A DNA stretch of 64,000 nucleotides from positions 9,734,001 through 9,798,000 of the forward strand of contig JBHGNT010000010.1 of the NCBI GenBank assembly GCA_043228905.1, given 5' to 3'. Positions 1-11,300 of the stretch are shown here, in pieces. Both the position numbers and the translations under genes were made by a program. This DNA is from Azolla caroliniana. Its lineage: Eukaryota > Plantae > Polypodiophyta. Position 1 is the first letter of the stretch. The number at the start of each line of letters is the position of its first letter. Below the pieces are notes generated by a model. It searched no databases, had not been told where the DNA came from, and was given only the letters and a program-made list of their open reading frames with translations.

Positions 1-353
1 AAGGAGGTATATGCAATTGCCCCAAGTCTCTGGAGCATGTGTGGAGAAAATCCGGCCATGGTTGTTGTCAACACTTGTTGTCTTTTTTATAGTCACCTCC
101 TTGATGTCATCTTTAGCGGCTAGATCCTCCATTACACTAGCCTCACACTCTTTATCTCCATTGATGAAATCTTTGATTAGGCTTGCTCCTTCATCATCCG
201 ATGTTTCGAACACGACGCGCGTTCCAAAACATTCATCCTCCCTCGAAGTGGCCTTCTCCGTCCTCGAGTCATCATCAATCTTCTTTTCATGTAGGTTGCT
301 TTGTTTAGGCCGCTCGACTTCTTTAGGTGGTTTTGATGTTTCTACGCTTGGCC

Positions 354-983
354 TTACCAAGTCAATGTCATCTTGTTGCATGCTCGCTTAACCGCAACCC
401 AGTCCACCACAACCCCGTTTGCTTGGGTATCATCTTCAAGAAGAGTCCCCAATTCTCGTCTATCCTTCATGTCCACAACTTTCAAGAAGTACAAAGTCTT
501 ATCCTCCTCAAGCAGCACTTGGTTTGTGGCGGGGAGACGACGAAACATTTGGTCGAACTCATCATACACCCTCGAAGCGTTGATCCTCTTATTCTTCTTT
601 TCTATCCACTTCATCAAGGCATGTCAAGTCATCCTCAACAAATCTTCTGTTGCGAACTCCACTAATATTGCTCTTTCAAACTTTGACCACGTTGTCTTCC
701 TTTCTTGAAGCTCGATGACCTGCCTTTGGACGTTGTTGGCGGCAACTCGCTTGAAACTCGAGATTTGATGTGCTTCAGACACGTCCCTTTGATTCATCTC
801 CCTTTTGTATACATCCAGGAACTTCGTAATGTTCGTTCCATCAAATTGACCCTCAACCTCCACGACACGGTTGGCGACCTTCTCCACGCTTACATGGTTG
901 TCCCGAGATCTCATCATTTGCTCGAAGATTATCATCATTCTTTCAAACTCTCGCACTTGATTGCTTGAGGACGCCATCTCCAA
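354..983 (-). pseudogene. gag: gag-like ORF of element A, interrupted by a stop
   Basis: Two consecutive ORFs in the same frame, right after the PBS, aligning by eye to the 61412/61772 gag. Confidence 0.7.
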
Positions 984-1023
984 GTATCAGTCGATCCTTG
1001 ACTTGATCCTTCCTACCGCCTCG

Positions 1024-1041
1024 TTCACGTCGGGTTCACCA
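1024..1041 (-). promoter_or_regulatory. Primer-binding site complementary to tRNA-Trp 3' end
   Basis: Plus strand TTCACGTCGGGTTCACCA matches the 3' 18 nt of plant cytosolic tRNA-Trp as I recall it. The same PBS occurs at 31896-31913 and 61377-61393, and in degenerate form at about 27571-27587. Confidence 0.85.
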
Positions 1042-1879
1042 AGTAAGATGTCAAGGAAATCCTCGCGTGTTCGCGAAATAAAGCGGGACCACCGAGGTCC
1101 TCGACCAGAAGGATTTGATGTTTTTAACAGTGTAAGCGAGAAAGTATTGAAGATAGATAGATGGATGAAGAGAGAGAGAGAGATTGAGAAAGAGATTGAA
1201 CCTTTGACTTTAGTTTTACGAGACAAGATACATCACCATTAGGATAACTTAGAACTTTGATTAATAGTTTCTTTTTTACTTACATCACTTGCGTCCCTTA
1301 CACAAGCCCAACTATAGGCTTTTATAGGTTTCTCCATGCAAAAACCATGGGTTAAAACCACGAGTCGAAACCATGGTTTTGTGCCCACGTTTCTATATGT
1401 TTGCTTCCTACAAAATTTTGAATATGAAAAGAAAATATACAAATTATAAAGCACCAATAGTGGCTTTAGTGGTAAGTTAATTTGTCTCCTATCTTTGAGG
1501 TGCAAGGTTCAAGGCTTGCTTCCACCCCTATGTATACACTTAAATGTTACTAGGCTTTAGTCTCATTTTATTTACAAAGTTTGAGTGCACATTACACTTT
1601 CTCGATTTTGTTTGTTCCACACGATTTTCACACCGTTGCTGAAAATCTTCACGACAACGCTTTTGTATGCTAAACAATATTCATCTTCTACAACATGGGA
1701 ACCTGAAGGTGGTTGCCAGTTATTACTTTGTATGCTGAGTACAATTGTCCATGGAGGTAAACAAATGCCAATTGAGAAGAAAGGACAGTTGCATAGTTAC
1801 TTGGTATCGGAACAAAAACAATTATGGCTTCACGCCTTAGAAGAAAAAAGAAAGCATATTGAGGCCGCAAAGAAATATG

Positions 1880-2520
1880 CCGCACAAGAAGATACATCAT
1901 GGTGGGATGTCCTTTTTAGTGATAAAAAAGGAATTATAGACAATTGTGTATTTGGTGATAATTGGGATTTGGAAACGTCATTCACATGATCGCTACAACA
2001 TGATTGTGTAAATAAAACTCTAGAGCAACCAGCAAATACGATTAATGAGAGTTTGGTCCATTCACAACAAAGAGACATTTATGTGGGACCAAGCATGTGA
2101 AAAATCACGTACATATGTGTGTAAGTGTGTAGAAAGATTCTTCCCGAATTGTCGACAACATTTCAAGGGTCAGTGGACATGAGAGAATTGTGAGCAGAGG
2201 GATGTTGCAAGATTCAAAAGACTTTCTAATTTTTGGGCTATAATGCCGACAATACGTTGATTCTGGATACAGAACATTTCCGGCATTACTTCAACATTCA
2301 TAGATGCTGTCTCATTCTACCCGATTCTGGATACAGAACATTTCCGGCATTACTTCAACATTCATAGATGCTGTCTCATTCTACCCGATGTAATGCCTTA
2401 ACACTTCTTGGTGAAAACATTGAGCTACCAACTAATTGCATGGTTGTGGATTCCATACTGAGCTCGGTATGCAGATCATATATGTAGAGAAGTTCCACTG
2501 ACCAACAAGAGCTTAGCTGT
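1880..2520 (+). pseudogene. Highly degenerate FCP1/NIF phosphatase-like fragment (tentative)
   Basis: Fragments FMWDQACE and GYNADNTLILDT resemble the WDQ and Y..NTLL.DD motifs of NIF-domain proteins. Several stops. Confidence 0.3.
2259..2388. repeat. 64-bp perfect tandem duplication
   Basis: GATTCTGGATACAGAACATTTCCGGCATT...CTACCC occurs twice, at 2259 and 2323. Confidence 0.9.
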
Positions 2521-2989
2521 TTATATGGCAATGGGATGTTATAAATATGTAATTTGATGACAGATTAATCAATGAAGAATTAAATTGCTTGTTTTGAGTA
2601 ACTTATCTATTGTGTAATTTTAAGAGTATGTTCAGGATTGTTGATTTCATGATAGTGCTTTTTCTTAAAATTATGCAAACTATTTTTACTTGTACATGGT
2701 TCACTTGAGTAAATTTATATCTCAGAAAGAAGAACCCTAAATGATATTATTAAACTAGTTTTTTAAGAAAGAAGAACAGAAAAAAGACTATATATCAAAA
2801 AGACACGATTTTATTGAGAAAGAAGCACAAAAAGTAGACTGTATGTAGAAAAAAACTCCCAAACAGGTCCATTAAACTGTTTATTTGCAATACATGTGCT
2901 TTGCTTGTTTTACAAGAAAACTGATAATTGCTACTTGTAGCTACAAATTCCATGGCATACTGTTGTAAATACATTCATACACATGAGCA

Positions 2990-3554
2990 CTAACTGTGTA
3001 TAAACCTGAGCAGCTATTGTATTGCGACATTCGAACATTGACGCACATGACCAAATGAGAGTACAGGTACGCCACTAGTTTGCTTCTAATAGCCTATACA
3101 CATAATCGTAATCATCTAGTTTTGCATAAAAAATAACTTCGATGTAGAATGTCCCGGTAAATACAACATTTCCCCAAGAATCTAATATATTCTGCGTTGC
3201 ACACTGTTTACTAACCGTGCACTTCAATATATAGAAATCAACACCCTCCTAATTTCCTTCTTCTGCATTTACAACGAAATTATCCCCAACATTTAAGACA
3301 TCACTCAGAGTATCTCCACGTCCTTGATACGTGAAGTCAGCATTCTTTTCTGTTTCTCCATGAACTACTTCCTTATCGTTCAATGTATGATATTCCCAAT
3401 TCGGAATATATGCTTTATTTAAACAATACCTCCAATTTCTTTGCACACAATGGAAGCTAAAACAAGTTAATTCTCTAACCGCAATACAATGACATCCAAC
3501 CTAGAATAACCTCAAACAACATGGAGAGATCGAAATTCGAGAATTCCTTGGCAT
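2990..3554 (-). pseudogene. Sola2-like transposase, C-terminal part (left of chromovirus insertion)
   Basis: Reads through the empty site as W-E-C-Q-G-I-L-E-F-R-S-L-H, followed by a Cys-rich R.LTC...C....C.N segment. Confidence 0.6.
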
Positions 3555-4063
3555 TGTCATGATATGGCAAGACTCGAATCCATGACCTTAGGTTATATGG
3601 GTTGAGCTCTTGACCATTATATCATCTATTGTAATACGTGGATATTATTTTCATTTACATTTTATTATAGGAAATTAATGTATATTCCAGATTTCTCTGG
3701 AACATTCTAGAAGCTTCAGGATTACTCTTGAAAACACTATAAAAGAGGGCACTAGGCATTATGTTGAACAAAATTGGTTCAACGCCAGTCTTAAGCCTTT
3801 TAGCCACCATTGTATATTCTCTTCACATAATACATATCTTTCTTATCATCACTCTCTCCCTCTCTCTCCCTCTCTCTTTCTCTCCATCTCGCTCACTTCT
3901 TCCTTCTCTCAAGGAAGTTCTACACCTCTCAGAGTACTAATCCTTCGTTTAGTACTAATTCCTTCTCTGTCTTAGTACTATTCTTGATAGTTTGAACCAA
4001 TTTTTCCTACCTTTTGTCTCTCTCATTTCCTACTAATCTCTTATTCCTCTTTTCTTTCATCCC

Positions 4064-5212
4064 ATGGCCATTCTTAGCGCTGAAGAATATCAATCTGTTT
4101 TCTCGAAATTTCAATGCTTGAAAGAGAAGTTCCATGCTTTGGAACAAGAAAACCAATGGTTGCTGGGGGATCTTCAGCAAATCTCCTTAGAAAAGCAGCA
4201 AACGCAACAACATGGGGAACTTGCGTTACGCGTGCAACAACTCGAAGCAACCATCGTAGTAATGCAACAACAAGGGCCCGGAACACAAGGGACTCATAAA
4301 GAACCCAAGATTGGCCTTCCCACGAAGTTCGATGGAACGGGATCGTAGTTTAGAGGGTTCCTTAACCAAGTACGATTAGTTATTCAAATGCATCCTTCTC
4401 GATATCCCACCGATGCATCACGAGTGGGTTTAGTAGGCACTTTGTTAAGTGGCTCAGCGTTGGCATGGTTCACTCCACTATTAGAAAAGGAATCTCCATT
4501 ACTCAACAATTTTGAAGAGTTTCTAGGTGAGTTTAAAGCATGTTTCGGAGATACTGACAGCATCAGGACCGCAATCAACAAAATTCGGCGATTACGCCAA
4601 GGTGATCGTCCAGCCTCCGCATACGCTGCAGATTTTCACCTACTCGCCGCCGATATCCCTTGGGATGATCAAGCGTTGATGGAGCAATTCCGTTATGGTT
4701 TACGCAATGACGTCAAGGATTTAGTCTTGACCTTCCCCGAAGAGCCAAAGTCCTTAACAGAAGCAATCAGTCGTGCGGTGAGATGTGACAACCGCCTCTT
4801 TGAGTGACGTTCGGAACGACAGCTACAGATGCCGAGGGCAAGATCAAAGCCCACCTATGCCTCAGTGGTAGCAAGACCTTTTTAGAGGGAGTCATATAAT
4901 GCGCCTCCAGCGAATACTCCGACTCCGATGGAGATTGACACTACACGTCGTCGAGGGCCATTATCCGAAGAAGAAAAGCAGCGACGCCGTACAAATCGAC
5001 TATGTCTTTACTGCGGTGGACCAGGACATATTGCAATAAATTGCCCCCATAGGCCAAGAAGACAGGTAAACCAAATAGTCGCTAGTTCTAATTGTACTAA
5101 ACCCGAGCCTATTTCAGTAGGGATATCTGATAGTCCTAATAGTACTAATAGCCCAGATCTAGCGAACAAATTTGATGTCCTTAATCAGTTAGAAGAAGAG
5201 TTAAACGACTAA
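4064..5212 (+). pseudogene. gag: Chromovirus gag with zinc knuckle, in-frame stops
   Basis: Retrotrans_gag-like segment (SAYAADF...FRYGL) and [14 protein letters not shown] knuckle. Confidence 0.85.
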
Positions 5213-5223
5213 GTCCAACCAAA

Positions 5224-8200
5224 ATGGGAGCCGTTTGGTTGTACAGCCCTAGATCTGTGCAGCCCATTAGTGGTTCCATTCCCTCTAAGCAAGTTAGTGA
5301 TGTGTTCGTAGCCCAAGTAATAGTTAGTACTAAAAGTACCCGTCCAATACATGTCCTAGCACTCCTAGATTCCGAAGCTAACTCTTGCTTTATGGATAAG
5401 AAATTTGCTCAAGCTCATAAGATATCGCTAAGAAAACTCCAGTGTCCAGCCTCTGTAGTAGTCATTGATGGACGTCCCATTGCTTCCGGAAATATCATAG
5501 AAGAGTCGGAGCCCATTAATATTGTCCTAGATAACTTAGCATGTGTAGTATCATTTAATATTATTAGTATCCCAGGACATCCCATAGTTTTAGGATTACC
5601 GTGGTTCGAGTTACATAACCCAGACATAGATTGGAGAACAAGAGAAATCTGGTGTCAACAAACCCAAGGGTCAACTCAGAAGATGCCAACCATTTCGCTA
5701 CGTCAGTTGCATAAAGAAGGGTGCAAGGAGGAAATGTTCCTCTTTGCAATATTAGTAAACCCCTCCAGCACCACTAAAGAAGAATCCACCATTCAACTTC
5801 CCAAAAAGTATCGTCATTACCCCGATGTGTTCGATAAAGTACAAGCCAACACACGATTTCCCCATCGATTTACAACCGGGAAAAGAGCCGCCATGGGGAC
5901 CGATCTACGATTTGTCACCAACGGAGCTGGAAGTCCTTCGGGCCTATATAGAGGAGAATTTGGAAAATGGTTTCATTCGGCATTCGAAATCTCCAGCCGG
6001 CGCGCCCATTTTCTTCGTCAAGAAAAAGGATGGATTGCTTCGTCTTGTTGTAGATTACCGTGGCTTGAATAAGGTTACAATCAGGAATAGGTATGCTCTT
6101 CCCCTTATCTCAAATCTTTTAGAACGGATCAATGGTGCCAAGTTCTTCACGAAGATCGACTTACGGGGAGCATATAACCTCGTACGGATCCGACCAGGAG
6201 ATGAATGGAAGACCGCGTTTCGCACCAGATATGGGCACTTCGAGTATACAGTCATGTTGTTCGGCCTCACTAATGCGCCGACAGTCTTCCAACACATGGC
6301 TAATGATATATTCCGAGATCTATTGGATGATTGTTTGATCATCTATTTGGATGATCTACTGGTTTATTCAAAGACCTAAGAAGAACATGATTCTCATGTA
6401 CTATTAGTACTAAAACGACTTCGAGAATATGGTTTGTATGCAAAGCTGGAAAAATGTAGTTTCGGGTGCAACCAAGTGGAATTTCTCGGCTACATCATTT
6501 CGTCAAAAGGCATCTCCATGAACCCAGCTAAGGTCAAAATGGTGGTAGAATGGCAGACTCCGTGTTCGGTGCAGGATGTGCAATGCTTCCTAGGCTTTAC
6601 AAATTTTTACCAGAAGTTCATACAAGATTACTCAAAGATCGTTCTACCTCTCACACAACTTACCAGGAAGGGACAACCGTTCATCTGGTCTGAAGAAACG
6701 GACATGGCTTTCAAGAGTCTTAAAAAGGCATTTACATCGGCTCCAATTCTAGCTCATGTCGATCCGGAAAAACCATTCATTATCGAAGCCGACGCATCGG
6801 ATTTTGCATTGGGGAGCATTCTGTCACAACAGGGGAATGATGAGAAGCTACATCTTGTGGCTTTTCACTCACGCAAGTTTGACACCGCCGAAATCAACTA
6901 TGAAATTCATGATAAGGAGCTATTGGCAATAGTGGATTCTTTTATGCAATGGAGGCATTTTCTGGAGGGATCCTCTCATCCAGTCACCATATTTAGTGAC
7001 CACAAGAACCTTGCCTACTTTCAGGATGCTCGTGTGTTGAATCGACGTCAAGCTCAGTGGGCCCACTTCCTCACGCGTTTCGACTTCAAAATTACATATC
7101 GTCCGGGGAAGCACCAAGGGAAGGCCGATGCATTATCACGACGTTCGTATCTAGCACCCCGTCCCGGTGAGCCAGCTTTCGATAACCAAAAACAAGTCAT
7201 CTTGGGACCGGCACGACTACAAGCAACACAGATCTTTGACATGCCCATGGATTCCCGCGTTATCAATACCATACGTGAAGACTTGAAGACAGATGCGTTC
7301 GCCCAAGCTATACTAGCACAAATTGATCCCTCTTGGGCGTCGTGTTCACAGTCACAACCACCAGGTATGGACTATCGGCAATTAAAATACCATGATGGAT
7401 TACTCTTCTTTAAAGAACTTTTGTATGTTCCTAATGGTTCTTGCCGCCTTCGAGTAGTACAAAACTGTCATGACACATATACAGCTGGGCATTTTGGTAG
7501 TACTAAAACATTAGATTTAGTACAACGATCATTCTGGTGGCCCTGTATGCGATAATTTGTCGAGGATTTTGTTTGGACTTGTGATACATGCTGCAGAGCG
7601 AAAATGCCAAGGCATCATCCATATGGTTTATTAGAACCATTACCATTTCCAAGCAAGCCGTGGCAATCCATTGCTCTAGACTTCATCACAGATCTTTCAG
7701 TCTCTAAGGGGTTCAATGCGATTCTAACTGTGGTCGATCGATATACGAAGATGGCTCATTTCTTGCCATGTACTAAGGAGATCTCCAGTGAAGACACTGC
7801 CGAAATTGTCATGCGTGAAGTATGTCGGCATCATGGACTTCCCGATAGTATAATCAGTGACCGTGGACCCCAGTTCGTGTCAAAATTTTGGAAGCATCTT
7901 TTTAACATGCTCAAGGTCACTTGTAACCTCTCCTCCGGCTACCACCCACTAACTGACGGCCAAGCCGAACGAACAAATCAAACGCTCGAGCAGTATCTGT
8001 GGTGCTTTCTCAGTTATCATCAGGATGACTGGGCAGATATTCTCCACTTCGCTGAATTTGCCTATAACAACTCTATCCATGCATCCACTAAAGTTATGCC
8101 ATTTTATGCTTATACGGGATGTCACCCCCGTTGGAGTGTACTTGAAACCCCAGAGGTGTCCACAAATCCGTGCGCGCAGGATCGTTTGGAGCGGTTACGC

Positions 8201-8380
8201 AAGATACAAGCGGATTTATCTACTCATCTCCAGCAAGCTCAACAAACACACAAGGCCTACGCGGATTGTCATTGACTTCCATCCAATTTTAATATTGGAG
8301 ATCGGGTATGGCTACTACGACGACACATCAAGACTTATCGCCCATGTGAGAAGTTGGATTATCGGCGATTAGGTCCTTTC
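5224..8380 (+). pseudogene. pol: Chromovirus pol (protease, RT, RNase H, integrase), frameshifted or stopped, split by copia
   Basis: LLDSEAN (PR), VDYRGLN and YLDD (RT), DASD...KELLAIV (RH), SDRGPQF and DGQAERTNQ (INT). Confidence 0.9.
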
Positions 8381-11300
8381 TGTTGGGATTACGGTCCCTT
8401 CGAATGGGATGGTCGGATGTCGGAGATGAATGCCGACGAGCCCGGTTTCGGTTTCGGAACCGGATGATGAAGACCCCGGCTTCGGAGCCGGATGACGAAT
8501 GTACCCGGAGAGCGATCCGGATGCAGGGACATATCCGTGAATATGTTTGCTATGGGCCCCTGAGGCTATAGTTGTAAATAGCCCCAAAGTCATATATGTA
8601 TAAATATGACTTAGGGCAAACTGTTTTAGTGCTGCTGATCATTTTTTCTGTTTTTCCACTCAAGAGGAGTGAAGAGGGAGCAGCCGCGAGAGAGAGAGAG
8701 AGAGATAGAGCGTGAGAGAGGAAGAGGACGACGCCTCTGTGTATTTCCGCCGCCTGTGGCGAGGACAGCGAGCTCAAGGTCGTCGCCTTGCAGCTCGCCA
8801 TTGTATACTCCTCTTTGTATAGTGTTGGTTTGGAGTCTTGTACTCCCGTGGTTTTTCCCATCTAGGGTTTTCCACGTTAATCCCTGTGTATTCGTGTGTT
8901 TCTCTCTGTTGTTCCTATTTTCTGCTACATTGATTCGCGATTACTTGGTTGTGGCCGAGTGGTGAAGGTGAATCGAAGCGTCGATTCCCAACAAACTGGT
9001 ATCAGAGCGAGCTGCTGCAGAAAATGGAAGGCGGCGGCAGCGGGCAGCCGGGGATGATGGTGCTAAATGCGCAGAATTACGCCGACTGGAAGATCAAGAT
9101 GGAGGATCTTCTGATTGTTCGGGACCTGTACGAACCGATTGACAGGTCGGAAATACCGAAGGGGGTACTTGAGTCGGAATGGAGGCTTCTGAACCGGAAA
9201 GCCGTTGCAACCATTCGGCAATACGTCCACGTGAGCGTTCTACAACATGTGGCGAACGACACCAACGCATATGAGATGTGGCGGAAGCTGTCGGGCCTCT
9301 ATGAGAGGAAGAATGCGTTGAACCGGACCTCCCTGATGAGGAAGATAGTGAATCTCAAGTACCGGGACGGCGACAGTATGGTGGAACACGTAAGCACGTT
9401 CATGGGATTCGTGAATCAGCTTGCGGCGATCAAGTTCCCGTTGGAGGATGCAATGCAAGCCATCATCCTGATGTGTACATTGCCGGAAAGCTGGGAGAAC
9501 TTGGTGGTGACTCTCAGCACCTCCTGCACCGAAGATAACTTGTCCTTACAAACGGTAAAGACAAGTATTTTGAACGAAGAAGCGCGTCGGAGAGATAAAG
9601 AACCGGCCTCCGACTCGAAGGCGCTGCTTACCGAATCGGATCGGGGAAGACAATGGAACCGGAGTCCGCAAAGACGGGAGAAGTCGGGGACCCGGTCGCA
9701 GTCAAGAGGAAGGCCCACATGCTTCCACTGTGGGAAGCCGGGGCACTTCCGAAAGAATTGTCGGCATTACCGAAAAGACAACGGAGCCGACGACACCGAC
9801 TCGAAGAAGTCACCGGAGAGAAACGGTGCATACCGGGGAGCCACGGACCGGAGAGGTTCGGATCGGCGAGGGCAGGACCGGAAAGGAACAACGGCACTCG
9901 CGGCAAGTGAGGAAGAAATCATGCTCATCACCGAAGAAGGTGAACTAAACATTGCCGGCGATGAGACGACCTGGGTGGTCGATTCCGGAGCATCGTTCCA
10001 CCTGACCCCGGAGAGAAGATACTTCTCATCCTACACAGCCGGTGAGCATGGCTGTGTTCGGATGGGAAATGAAGGTACGTGCCGGATTGCCGGCATAGGA
10101 GACGTGTGGTTGACAACCCCGACCGGATGCAAAATGCTGCTGAAGGATGTCCGACACGTTCCGGAGGTTCGATTGAACCTGATTTCGGCCGGGAGGCTAG
10201 ACGATGAAGGCTACACAGGTAGCATCCGGAACGGCGTAATGAAGTTCAGCAAGGGGAGCCTGATAGTGGCTCGGGCCCGGAAAGACAACACACTGTACCT
10301 GATGAATGCCCGGTTATGTCCTGAAGAGCTGAATGTGGCAGCCGACACTGCCGGTGAGCTGTGGCACAAAAGACTGTGTCACATGAGTGAGAAGGGGATG
10401 AAGAGTCTTGCAGAAGACAACCTTATTCCAGTGAAGCATGTGCACCTGGAGAAGTGCACCGATTGCCTGGCCGGTAAGCAGAACCGAACCTCCTTCCACT
10501 CAAGGCCACCGACGAGACGTAGCGCACCATTGGAGTTGGTGCACACTGATGTGTGTCAGGTAGAAACGAAGTCACATGGCGGAGCCCAGTACTTCGTAAC
10601 ATTCATTGATGATCACAACCGGAAGCTGTGGACGGCACCGCTGAAGATGAAGGACCAAGTGTTGTGCGTCTTCAAAGAACTCCACGCGAGAGTGGAAAGG
10701 GAATCCGGCAAGAAGCTGAAAGCGATACGAGCGGATAACGGAGGGGAATACCGGGGGCAGTTCCAGGAGTACTGTCGCTCGAAGGGAATCCGGCTCGAGT
10801 TTACTGTGCCGAAGACGCCGGAACTAAACGGGCTGGCCGAGAGGATGAACCGGACCATAATGGAGCGGGTACGGAGTATGCTGGCGCATGCGAAATTACC
10901 CAAGGGGTTTTGGGCTGAGGCAATGTCGACGGCGACATACGTGATAAACAGATCACCCTCAGTACCTTTGGACGGAGACACGCCGCAGAAAGTGTGGACC
11001 GGTAAGGAAGTGTCCTACCGGCATCTGAAGGTGTTCGGGTGTCTCGCATACGTGCATGTGGCAAAGGACCGGAGAGGAAAGCTAGATCCAAAGACCCGGC
11101 CATGCATATTCCTCGGTTACGGCGACGACGAGTTCGGCTACCGAGTATGGGACCCGGTCGACAAGAAGATATTCAGGAGTCGAGACATCATCTTCATGGA
11201 GGACAAGACACTCGCCGACTGGGAATCGGAGAAGAAGATGAAGAGCTCCAAGTCGACCGGTGAGGATCAACTCTACGAGGAGCAGTCCCGACCGGCAAGG

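Larger units (their letters stand above)
1..1656 (-). mobile_element. Trp-primed Ty3/gypsy-like LTR retrotransposon, 5' part (element A); runs off window start
   Basis: LTR 1049-1656 (minus strand TGTCGTGAAG...TTGACA). PBS at 1024-1041. Degenerate gag-like ORFs 624-983 and 354-617 (FDGTNITKFL motif, similar to the ORFs at 27605, 31900 and 61412). Outer flank ACGC. Confidence 0.8.
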
